A DNA stretch of 64,000 bases from Balanoglossus misakiensis (lineage: Eukaryota > Animalia > Hemichordata). Position 1 is the stretch's first letter. Each line of letters starts with the position of its first letter. The stretch is from positions 3,144,831 through 3,208,830 of the forward strand of contig CM082578.2 of the NCBI GenBank assembly GCA_040954595.2, written 5' to 3'. A program made the position numbers and the translations under genes. Under the pieces are notes generated by a model. That model saw only the letters and a program-made list of their open reading frames with translations, was not told the origin of the DNA and ran no database searches. Positions 13,368 through 25,200 of the stretch are shown in pieces.

Positions 13368-15425
13368 CCCTTTGCGGCTGTAAGCTTAAAGTGGAACGTT
13401 GTGATCCGTTTTTGAGCCAATTCTGCGAAATGCGATTAAAAAGTATTATGAAAAACGTTGGTTTCATTCACTTTCACTTACGCATAACAGAGCTACAGCC
13501 AGACAAAAACTGCGCGAAACCGTAAGTGACGTCAGCAACTTGTGGTACCGTTGTCCGCTGCCGACGCGTTGGAGCGAGCTTATGCTTATACACGCCTGCA
13601 CTCACGCGACCGACGACGTTAGCATGGCAACATATTCTCGGGTAGTAGGCTACAATTTTGAACCAGAGATTCCCGTCTACGACCAAGCGACTGAATTTTA
13701 CAGAGGACAAAAGTTCATGCAGTTCTGATCTCCTATGTGTCCCGTTTGTCAAGGCTTACACTTGGTGTGGTTTCAGTGAAACCATAGACCCTAGGGTCTA
13801 TGGTGAAACAGACAATGCTGTTAACAATACCCTCCCTTGTTGTCTCTCCCTCGTTGTCACCTTTTCGAACCACTTTTCTTAAAAAATACTTTGTCACCTT
13901 TTATGGAGTTGAAAAGAACGCAGGTGCATCGTCCTGCTCTCCAGGTGTAGTACGTCCGTAGTATAACGGAAGCCAATACCATAGTTATTCTATGCATGTT
14001 TCGTCTCTTGAAATGTATTAAAACTGCCTTTTTTAGTTGCTTTCATTTGATAACTATGCGATCGTCAATAAATGGAAATTAAACCCAAATACGTGTACCA
14101 AAAAACGTGCGGGAAGTATTTAAAACGGTACGTTTATTATTATCAGCGGCAGTTAGAACAACTTTGTATAGGCCTTACGGTTTGTTCATAAACGTCGACA
14201 TGCATGGCATCGTGGACATTGCAGGGTCTATGTCTGCACGCATCGACAAATACAATACACGTAGAGCATTGCCTTTGAAAGAAACTTATCCCCGTCGATT
14301 TTCCCAATATGTTTTTAAAATCATTAACTTGACATTTCGCCATGTCAGATCCGCGCAAAATGTGTCTGTTTATTGGAAATGACACGTCGAACGTGTAAGA
14401 GCGCTGCGCGTCGACTGCAACGCAAGTTGCTGACGTCACTGTAGTATTTTCAACTCGCGTCTTCTGCTTGCGCAGGAAGTGAAAGTGAATTAACCCATCG
14501 GAACGTTGCCGTTTTTGACACCCGGTTTGTACTTTGAAGCCCAAAATTGTGGGTGTCGTTCCACTTTTTAATGGTCACATTTTCAATTTCATTTCAACGC
14601 CATTGTTACCGGGTTGTAGTCGTTCGCATGATCATCTGTATTAAATGTTGGCAACTTTGCGTGGGAGTGAATCGGACATTTTAAACGTGGATTTTCTTCT
14701 CCATAACTGTGTGCTCTGGATGGAAGATTTTTGAAAACGTATGCATCCTCTGGGCGATTGCTTTCGAGTCTGGTCGAACAATGGCGTGTTTAACTGGTGG
14801 AAACAATGGAGATTACTCGCATATACCTATTACAGCCGCATGACGCACGTGCCCCATCTATAATTGCTACGTTTCCTCTAAGTTATTATCTGATACATAT
14901 ACTTTAAAGACTCTCCAGGTGTTACATCTACTTTTTTCGCGGGGATTTCACGGACATTTGTCACCGCGAACGTTCTTTGCTGGCGTAAGGTATGAGAATA
15001 TATGCAAGTCGGCCTCTTTTGTCATTATATGCCCCTAAATACTTTCATTTTACATATGGATACACTTTGTCATGCTTTCACATCTGCCTGTTGGCGTTCT
15101 TAGACGATCCTGTCCACCGTGAGTTCTACGCTTTAGAAATTCAGCTCAAGAAATCTCTGGGGATTTCAGGAAAGAAGCTCTATCCGGTCGTACATTTATA
15201 GACGTCAATAAATCCTAATTGCAAGACCGCTTGGAGAAATGAAATGAAAGTCAACAAATGAATTCTCTGTGGATTCCCGGAGTAAGGACACGCTCTTTTG
15301 CTTTCCCTTGAGCAGTAACAAAAACCGCGTTAAAAGGTCGGCGAGTTCTATGTACAACTGTATCAGCAACGCACCGTTCCATCTCGAACTGTGCAATGCG
15401 GTTTAGCATGTACAACATGTACATG

Positions 15426-17233
15426 TGTCACGATTGAGTTTTAACGATCATAGATCTTGTTTATGATTAAGTAAGAAGTCATTCACTTGTATGGTTTTAG
15501 TCCAGTATTGACATAGGTACTTGACCCAGAGTAAACAAGATTGTGTAATTGATACATGTCAGAAGGAGATAGGGCTTTCTCACGTGCAATGATTAGGGCG
15601 CCCTTTTCGGGATTATAAAAGTTGGCAAACATTTCTTATCAGCGACTCAAATAGTTTTGCATTCACATGTGTATAAAAGGGACGGGATCACCGCACTCAA
15701 TGCGTCCACAGCAGAGTGGCTAAAGGTCACAATGGCGGATTCAGTGATGTGTTTACTGTATATGTAGCTCTGGACTTATACCCAAACAGCGTATACCGTA
15801 ATCTATCCTTCTATCCTTCGGTTCGACCAGGAAAAAATAATTATTCTTTACAAAAAGATGAAACAATGGGGGTAAAAATGAGTCAAAGTGCCAGAACAAC
15901 CCCTCGGACATTTATGCAAATTAGGTTCAAATAGGCTTCATGGTGCGATTGAAAATCAAGGACACATTTCGCCACTTGTCCCATTTGTTGTTCCACATCA
16001 AATAAATGGAAGATCCGAGAAAATCCACACTTTTCCAGTTTTTGTACAGTCATCCTATAAGTATAAGCGCTTCTACGGTACCGCCTGTGAGTCTTACAGC
16101 TTTGAAACCAGTGCGTAATATACTAGTAGCATGACTCCATGCTAGTAGTAAAAGCATACTGGGATGTGGGAACGCTTTGAGTTGGTCCCTTGGGACAAAG
16201 ACGTTTTTAATTTATTCACGCACAGGGATGTATTTTTAGCCAGACAATGGCAAGACCTAGTTGCCTAGCAATTATCACCATGAACTTTGCTACAAGTTTC
16301 ACTACCACTTCCACTGGGCGTCTCATTTTTTCAGCAGAGCCCCAGCTGCAGTAAGTTCCGACTACCTCAAGGCTTTGCCTGTAGGTTTTGGGGCTCCTCA
16401 TTTTACTGATGACCATCAGCAACAAGGCAAATTGACCGTTGACTAAGCAAGGTGCTAAACATCGCTCTTTTCAGAGGGGTAATTTTACATGCAAGCTCAT
16501 TAGAAACTGCCACTTGTATCCCCTCAAACCGCGTCGGCACAGTGCGTTTAGATCGGCGTTTAGTGCGGTGTTTCTGTTCACACGTGATTTGAATCGCTGT
16601 TTAGTGCGGCGCCCCGACCCAGGTCCCACCCCTCAACACCGTCACAAAAAAAGAGCGGCGCAGGGCCGCTCTCACCTTTTCAAATGGGGCACTTACAAAT
16701 TAACGCCGCCCTAGCACCGCTGCTGGGGCGGCGTTGACGGCACGTGAGAAAGGCACTTCAGAGATATCATGCGTTAAGTTCATGTTTAAGAAATATTAAG
16801 ATGACGTGTTCCTTTTATGACTTAATACTTGACTAACGTATTAATAAGGTGTGGTGAAATTTGAGATCACACGATTATAACGGGAGATCCGTGATGGGAG
16901 TCAACGAGCATGGATCGAGTCGTGTTCTTACGTGTGACCAGTAATAAACCAGAACTTTGTGTTACTCGGAAAACTTGCTGCAAGTCTCTGTCTACGAAAG
17001 GTTTACGATCTGCCGGGTACCTCTCTCAGACTTTATGAATATGTTGGGTGGAGAAGCAGTTGGAGAGAAGTTACCCCGTCACCCTTCGGACGTGGCTGAT
17101 TCCCCACAGAAGCGTCCGAAGGAGGTGAGCGTCCGCAGGGAATTTACGCTCCCAGGCTTCGGACGTGGCTGATTCCCCACAGAAGCCCCGAAGGAGGTGA
17201 ACGTCCGAAGGACGGCCGGCGGCCGTAACAACA
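15426..17233 (+). mobile_element. Solo LTR (same family as 41445-43684) with a nested insertion
   Basis: TGTCACGATTGAG...GTAACAACA termini and a 4-bp CATG TSD (15422-15425, 17234-17237), confirmed by the empty site in copy 1. It is homologous to the LTRs at 41445 and 43133. Confidence 0.9.
15572..16756. mobile_element. Non-autonomous TIR DNA transposon nested in the solo LTR (Harbinger-like ends, uncertain)
   Basis: Absent from the homologous LTRs at 41445/43133 (empty site gaaggagatagagatatc). TIR ctttctcacgtgc / gcacgtgagaaag. Confidence 0.7.
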
Positions 17234-18027
17234 CATGTACCAGATCAGTACCCGAACCGTATCGTACCGTACCTGAAACGTATCGTAGTGTATCCGGACC
17301 GTACCGTATCGTAATGTATCTGTATCTGTACGATTCCTTTTTTTGACACACACTGTATGTAAGAAATTACGTACAAAAAACGATACCACAGTACAGGAGC
17401 TCGCTTGGTATAAGTACACTGGAAACTATAAAAATGGAAAAAGGAGGGGGGAGCACAAAGGCAAAGCATACATGTACATATAGAGTCGTTCTTTCACTGA
17501 ACACAAAGGGGGTTTGTGAATTTACAGTCTTTGTGTGGTAATGTAGGAGTGGGTTTCACATCCAGTTCGCTAGTCGTATCGAAACGTCGCTAATTTTTGC
17601 CACTCAGAATTGGAAGCAAGACAGACTTTGGAAAACGCCAGTTGCTGCATGGCGAGTGATATTTTGTCCAGACACACACACACTTCTGCAATACAAAACC
17701 AATACACAACAAACACACATACCATGAGTAACCACACCCAATCTACACAATCCCAAAAACACAAAAAATTGTTCATTCTCATTTCGACATTCTACAAAAA
17801 TCAACTCGCTGCAAAACTGTCATCCCTGAGATTCCAATCATTGCTCATGGCTGTAAGAAAAGCTTGCGCGACCTCCTATAATAGTCCAGCAGACTTCTAC
17901 AAATGTAATTCAACCAGGGGGTGTAACATTTGTAAATGCTCCACAAACACCACACATTTGCGACGCCACACTTTTAACACAAAGCATGTCATTGCACAAC
18001 ACAAGACATGTACATCCGAAATTATAT

Positions 18028-19026
18028 TATAGCTTTATCAATACCAGTGAATTTTGTGACGTCATAGCTATACATTATTACTGATAATGTATCGTGTTAT
18101 TCGATGGACGCGCGACGCGCCCAAGAACCAGTGGACGTGTACAATTTCCGACTGAATAACGGAGGATTTCAAACAATGCGAACATTTTAAGGGCTAAAAA
18201 AGAAATGCAAACGTACACAGAATAAATACGGCGATATTTATTAATTTCAAAATCTGTCCTCGACTGGCGTTTTGTTTATTTTTTCTTCCTACGGCTGCAG
18301 TACATGTCGTCTGCTCTTGAATCACGCGCAGTCAACATGGATCGCTCACGCACGTAAAGCAAACCTCTCCATGATGCTGGATTTGACATTCGTTCACCAT
18401 ACATACCGTGTACCATGTACCAAGCAGTCATGTCAACGAAGCTATACGTAAAAAAATATGCCGCAAGTGTCACTGTCATGTTGTCTACGCGGTACGGAGG
18501 GTCGATCGAGGGCGAGTTTGTTTATGTATTGCAACCTTCCGAGCGCCCGTATACGTGACCTTTCCTCAGAACGCAAACGAATTCAAATATTCCCCGAGTC
18601 CTCCCCAAGATTACACAAAAATCGAAATTTTTTCAGATATATTTCAGCAGAACCCTTAAATGAATTTTTTCATGCGTAAATAAACCTTCATTATTTATTT
18701 CCTGATGTTTGAATATGATACTAGAAATGTACAGTACACTGATACACCGCGATCAGGTGACCTTTTGTTTACGCGTACGCCATTGCTCTGTTCTCGATCT
18801 CCGTGTCCGAGTCTGAATTGTTCGCTCCTATACTTTTTGAAGTCTGCAAATTCACTGGCATTGACAAAACTATAAAATAATGAGAATAATGAACGCCCCA
18901 AAGACCCATAATGGACTCAAGCACACATTGTGCTAGCTCCATAATATACTCGGCTTCGCCTCGTATATTATGACGCACAATGTGTGCTTTCGTCCATTAT
19001 GGGTCTTTGGGGCGTTCATTATTCTC
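18028..19026. mobile_element. Bipartite element: TIR-bounded unit (18028-18874) abutting a long hairpin (18882-19026) with a CGAG-GC-GAA-GC-CGAG tip
   Basis: TIR tatagctttatcaataccagtgaatt / aattcactggcattgacaaaactata. Hairpin arms are about 65 bp and the tip ctcggcttcgcctcg is at 18949-18963. Confidence 0.7.
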
Positions 19027-19037
19027 TAAATAAAACA

Positions 19038-19085
19038 TACCTCATCACGTGTCAGGGATGCGACAAACTGTACATAGGAGAAACA
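19038..19085 (+). mobile_element. Small Penelope-like GIY-YIG endonuclease fragment
   Basis: Translates to YLITCQGCDKLYIGET, the PLE GIY-YIG signature (YxIxCxxCxxxYIGET). Confidence 0.65.
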
Positions 19086-19272
19086 AGTTCCGCCTCAGGT
19101 TTAGGTTTTTTATTATTTTCATAGACCCGGTTATTACCAGAGTATGACGTTGTACTAAAGTAATAAAAAATCGACCGATTGCATATTACCATAATACGAT
19201 GTCACTGCCAATAATTCTGCCGGAACTACTTCCAATTTGTAAACAAATACACATACTATCTATGTTATATTG

Positions 19273-19462
19273 AACACCTATTGCCTGGCCATGAGGGCCA
19301 TAGCAGCCGTTTATTACACCCGAGGGGCTGTGAGTTTCCAGAATCATATGCTATTTCCCGAGGCCGTAAGCCGAGGGAAATAGCATATGATTCTGGTAAC
19401 TCACAGCGACGAGGGGTAAAAACGGCTGCTATGGCCCGAATATAGGCCAGGCCATAGGTGTT
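19273..19462. repeat. Long palindrome with CGAG-GCCGTAAGC-CGAG tip
   Basis: Arms of about 85 bp (aacacctat...atttcc / ggaaat...ataggtgtt). Tip at 19359-19375. Confidence 0.85.
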
Positions 19463-19479
19463 TTATAATGAACCTCATG

Positions 19480-19650
19480 CTAACAGTTGGAAAGATGGTC
19501 GACTTGCTGTACTTGACCGGTGTCTTCATTAAACTTGTAGACCGTCTTGACGTCCTGATCGTCGATACATATCAATTTGTCATAGCGGATGTAAGACTTC
19601 ATCGTCGAATATGTTTGTATTAATGTCTTTCGGAATGACAAAAGATTTTT
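19480..19650 (-). mobile_element. Non-LTR retrotransposon ORF1 C-terminal fragment
   Basis: MKSYIRYDKLICIDDQDVKTVYKFNE resembles LKAHLQCDKLIVKGSDGKRTFIVNE at the end of ORF1 of the LINE near 38370-38460. Confidence 0.45.
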
Positions 19651-19818
19651 ATATATAATCCCATGATATTTTTCTTTGTTTGACGTCATCGTATACGAGT
19701 GGTTTTCGCAGAGCCGTGCAACTTCGAGCCGTAGGCGAGAAGTTGTACGACTCCGCGCCGCGAAAACCACGAATATACGATGACGTTAAACAAAGAAAAA
19801 TATCATGAGATTATATAT
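19651..19818. repeat. Long palindrome with CGAG-CC-GTA-GG-CGAG tip
   Basis: Arms of about 75 bp (atatataatcccatgatatttttctttgttt / aaacaaagaaaaatatcatgagattatatat). Tip at 19725-19739. Confidence 0.85.
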
Positions 19819-21199
19819 TTATCACATGAACAGTCTTCTTATTTTTCGTTAGAAGAGCTAGGATAAAATATTCCAATATCTTGCTAAAATATTCGAGCGG
19901 CCTTGCAGTTTATTTAGCGGGATTACGTTCTTTCCCCTGCGCAACGATCTGTGGCCCCCACGAGATATGCTAATTATGGAATCACTTTCATTCATAAAGT
20001 GAAATCGACTTTCAAGTTTATACACTCTAGCGTCTTGTTGTTCTGGATATGATCGGCGTAGTACTTCGATTTTGTGGAGCGAATTAGATTGTAAATTTGT
20101 AAATTTGTTTATGATAATTATCTAAATGGAACCCGGGTAACGAACCATGCGAAAATGTCCGCTTTGTTTAGGCGACAATCGCGATCGCAGCGTCGACAAC
20201 TTTTTGCCGGGGCGTTGATGCTTGTCGAAAATGCCATAGGAAATTAAAGGAACATAAGTCAAATTGCTGAAACGATAAAATACTTTAGATCATGTATCAG
20301 TTCGACTCCGTCTGTAGCCGGTTACCCCTATTTATAGGGAAGTTCGGCCTTAAACGTGTAAATTGTATGGTTTTCGATCCTATTCTACCGGTCTTAATGG
20401 ATAACCATTTTTTTTGGCAGTGAAGTGCTATAAGCATATTACATCCTACATCAAACGTAATTTTTTTAGATTCAAGTAAAGCTTGTGATACTTTTGACCA
20501 TCAGATTTTGTTTTACTTCCAAACGCATAAAATACACCAGTTGTGGACGACACAACATTATCTTACATGTCGAGAATAGCGTTCATCAAGCTTTAATATT
20601 GTCAAAATGTGTGTTAATTGTTGTAACCCAAACAGTTGAGCTTTAGATTGGTAAATGGAAAAGCAGATCTGATTGCAATTTTCTGGGATTAGGTGGCCCG
20701 AATATCCCTACAAGAGACTTGGAATGTCTTTTTATTCTAATATCTCAATGTGTAAATATCTGTCTTTGCAAGAGACACTACAGAAAGCTTAATTTCATTT
20801 AATAGCATGGAGTAAGCGAAATCTTACTCTTTACAGAAAAGTTGGTTGACTGTTGGTGTTTCGAAGCGTATTTTCACCATATCATTTTATTCTAAGAATT
20901 TTTTGGGGGTTAAAAATGCACGAAATAACATGGCAAAATAGAACTGCCGACTGTCATCAAGGTGGGATTAAAATTATCGATATCTTGTGCAATTCAAAGC
21001 ACTTCAAGCGACTTCGTCAAAGAGCTTTCCGAATGACAAGTATTGGATAAACAGATTGAAACTAATTTTGATTTTTATTCCTGACCTGTAACTATGTAAA
21101 TGCAACCTAGACCTAGCTAGTTCCTATAGTAACTTTAACACACAGTCATAGACGGTCCTGATAACTGGCTTTCTGCCACCATTTTATAGGGAAGTGATT

Positions 21200-22237
21200 T
21201 GTCAGAGGTGGAGGGCACCCCTCTGATTCCCGGATAAATATTGAGATGCTATCAGTGCCAAGGAGTAAACATCCGTGGATAAGGTATGGGGAGAAACTAC
21301 ATAAACCAGTGCGGATACAATAATACAGTTGATTTAATTTAAATCAATTAAATAATAATATAAAGATAATACTAGAAATATAATTTTTGTGCACAATATC
21401 AAATGTCTCTGTCCTAAGCAATTTAGCAAGTACAGGTATACTGATACAATTGGTCATACAATACAATGGGTTACTTAATATATTACATAAATGAATATAT
21501 TCACAATATCACTATAGTTTATTGTCTATTGCATATTGTCTAAACAATGGTAAGTGTCACTTAGCTGTATATAACATTCATAGTAAACAATCATGATTCA
21601 ACCACAATATGGGATGGAGTCCTGTATAGATGACCGATGTAGCGACGATCCACATTACACGTACAATCTGTTATACACCATGTTTTCTACCACTTGTAGT
21701 CCTCCATTAGTCAAGTAAACACACTGAAGACTGACTTGTTAGATGCAAGTCTTGGGTTCAATGGACGAGAATTCTTCACCACACTTCATGCTCAGCAATA
21801 CCGGGTCTATAGGATGGTTCCACAGAACTCTGCTTGGAGCAATTTCCAGCCACACCACATACGACCATGCCAGCCACGCCAAACGCCCGACCACACCGGT
21901 TTGCACTGAATAAGCCCAATACTGCTTTCTAGAAGTACTGAATTTACTTCCACTCGAATTGCAGAAACAGTGGTCCTGAGAGCACTAATGCGCGCTACAG
22001 CATTACATGGACACAGCAAGCTATGGTGCAATATTTCCCCTAGTATTTCTCCTCACTGAGCAGGGAGACGCGACTTGTTGCTCCCTTCAAGATCTAAATT
22101 GAAGTGTGCTCTCTTACTACACGAAACTTAGCTAACGGAGCCCTATTCATTAACATGACAATACACAGTGTCACTACACCTGAAATTATGCGGGCACCTG
22201 GGTTTCCACTGACTCCAGTACTACCTATTATATGACA
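21200..22237 (-). repeat. 3' LTR of the Gypsy element
   Basis: Direct repeat of 27441-28479. Confidence 0.95.
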
Positions 22238-22287
22238 TTTACCCCTTGCTTAAGATAAATGTCCCACATTTATTTTTAAGTTGGATC

Positions 22288-25200
22288 CTAATCTGTTATA
22301 CATCTACTCATATAATCCGCGCCAATGTTATCACTGCCTTTAATTGCTACCATTCTATAGCGATAAGGCTGTAGGATCAGTGCCCACCTCATTTTGCGAC
22401 CATTGGCTACCGCTGAACGTTGCATACACAACAACGGTTGATGATCTGTCTCCAATTTGAATTCTCGTCCATATAGGTACGGCTCAAACTTTTGAACTGC
22501 CCACACAACAGCATAACTCTCTTTCTCCATTACCGAGTACAGTATCTTGTTTGGGCAGGCAGCAGCTTTTTGCTGGCATATGCCACCGGAAACTTTACTC
22601 CATCATACTCTTGTAGCAATACTGCTCCAACTCCACGTTCTGAGGCATCTGTACGCAGGATAAATGGTCTACTAATGTCAGGAAGATGAAGGATCGGTTT
22701 CTGGGCGAGCTTTGCCTTCAGCATACGGAAAGACTGTTCTTGGCTCTCTCCCCATTCTATTTTGGTAGGCCCACCCTTCTTGGTTTTATCAGTAAGCGGG
22801 ACAGCTACAGCTGCATAGTTTGGTATAAACACAGGGATTTATTCAGGGAACGTTTAAGTAAGAATTATATGATATAAACTGAATAAATTAGTTGTCGGTC
22901 AACTCTTCTGTCTTTGTCTTACCGATACGGTTCTAACCGGAACACTGAGGCTTCTCTGCTCATACACTACACATTATAAACAATGGATGATAAAATGCGC
23001 CCTCTTTTGGCGAACTCTTCCTACCGCCTGACCCCTCCAGCTGACCGCCTAAGAAGGTCAGGCGGTAGGCAGAGTTCACCAAAAGAGGGCGCATTTTATC
23101 ATCCATTGTTTATAATGTGTAGTGTATGAGCAGAGAAGCCTCAGTCTTCCGGTTAGAAACGTATCGGTAAGACAAAGACGGAAGAGTTGACCGACAACAA
23201 ATTTATTCAGTTTATATCATATAATTCTTACTTAAACGTTCCCTGAATAAATCCCTGTGGTATAAACGACCGGTTGTAGTTCGAAAGTCCCAAGAAAGAT
23301 CGCAGCTCTGTCTTGGTACGTCGTTGTGGGGCATCTCAGTTCACCATGACCAACCACATGACCCAGGAAATTGATTTGCTCATAACCCACATAACACTTA
23401 GTTGGTCTCGCTGTTAACTTTGCCTTTCATAGTCTGCTCATCAAATCTGTAATTTTCTTGATATGTTCTTCCCATGATGCAGTGTGGATCAGTATGTCAT
23501 CGATATAGTTGTCTACGTTCTTCATATCTCTTAACAATCTTCTCATAATTCTGCTAAAAGTCGCAGCACTATTTACAAGTATGAAAGGCATTTTGATAAA
23601 TTGGTATAGCCCATCATGCGTTATAAATGCCGTCAATTGTTTAGAATTATCAGTCAACGGGACTTGCCAATATCCTTCGCTGAGATCTACTTTAGTATAA
23701 AAGTGATCCTTGGATAACTTGGCAAAATGCTCACTCGGGTCTGGTGTAGGCTCTGCATCAAACACTGTTATGCGATTGAGCTTTCTCATGTCAACACAAC
23801 AACGATTGGACCCATCAGATTTCTTCACCGTTACCAGTGGAGCAGCATATGGACTCTCTGAAAGTTCAGCTACTCCCATCTTCATCATCGTTTGGACTTC
23901 ATCTTTCACTGCTTCACGGAGTGCATGAGGGATGGGGTATGGCCTACTGCGTATTGGTGTTGGATCCATCAACTTGATGTCATGGAAACCCAGGTTGGTG
24001 TTACCAGGAATATCAGTTAACACATCTTTGTATTTGTTCAGCACCCTCCTCACCACTTGCTTCTGTATGTCTGACAAGTTGTCACATACATTCACATCTG
24101 CAGCAAATTCTTTCTGCTTGAATGCAGGTACCCGCAGTAAGTCATCGTTTACTTTAACCCCTGTGTTCTCTTGTACTTCTGAAGATTCATAACTCTGCTC
24201 ATCTATCACAGATACACACACAATCTCGAGAAGTCCCGCTGATACTTCATCTAGCTGATCAGTTCTTCGATAGTACCTTTTCAACAGGTTGGCATGGAAT
24301 GTTTTCACCCTATGACCAAAGTCAATCTTGTAATCCATATTGCTCACTTTCTGCACCACTGGAAAAGGACCCTTCCAGTGCATAAGTAGTTTATTATGGT
24401 CAGTAGGTAGTAGCAATAACACCTCGTCACCTTTGTTGAACTTCCTCCATTTGGCCTTTCTATTGTAGTAGGACTTGTATTTGCCTTGTGATATCTTCAG
24501 TTCTTGTCTTGCTAAACCACATGTCTTCTCTAATTTCTCTTGAAGATCAAGGATGTATTGATAAGTCGTTTTGGTTTCTGGTTCACTGATCTCTCCAGTC
24601 CATAGTTCTTTCAAGATAGCCATTGGACCACGCACACTCCTCCCATAAAGTAGCTCAAACGGAGAGAATCCTGTGCTCGATTGAGGCGTTTGTCTGTAGG
24701 CAAATAGTAAAGCATTCAGATAACTATCCCAATCTGTTGGACGTTCTTCACACATCTTCCTAAGCATGAGTTTCAATGTACCATTGAACCGTTCCACTAG
24801 ACCATTGCATGCTGGATGGTATGGGGTGGTAGTCATCTGCTTTATAGACAAAAGCCGGCTGACCTCACGCATCACATCTGATGTAAATTGAGTTCCTTGA
24901 TCTGTCAGAATTTCACGTGGACACCCCACTCTTGAGTAGATGTCCAGGAGCGCCTCTGCAACAGTCTTGGTATCAATGTTAGTCAATGCAACAGCCTCCG
25001 GATAGCGTGTTGCATAATCAACAGGAGTAAGTATGTACCTATTCTTGCGTTCAGTGCATGGATGAATAGGGCCAACCAGGTCTACTGCAATACGTAGGAA
25101 AGGGATTCTATTAGTAGCATACTTCCAAGTGCAGTACCTTGGTCACCCGTCCCTTTGGTTGTGTCCGTTGACATATATCACAGGACTGACAGTAACGGGA

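Larger units (their letters stand above)
13368..17989. repeat. Tandem duplication, copy 2, interrupted by a solo LTR
   Basis: Same sequence as copy 1 except for the insertion at 15426-17233. Confidence 0.95.

Noticed and set aside
10392-15396. Duplicated short ORFs suggesting a repeated gene cassette
   Set aside because: They have no recognisable motifs and are a by-product of the non-coding tandem duplication.
18882-19818. CRISPR-like or prokaryotic REP array
   Set aside because: The arms are unrelated, there is no repeat-spacer periodicity or cas gene, and the context is eukaryotic.
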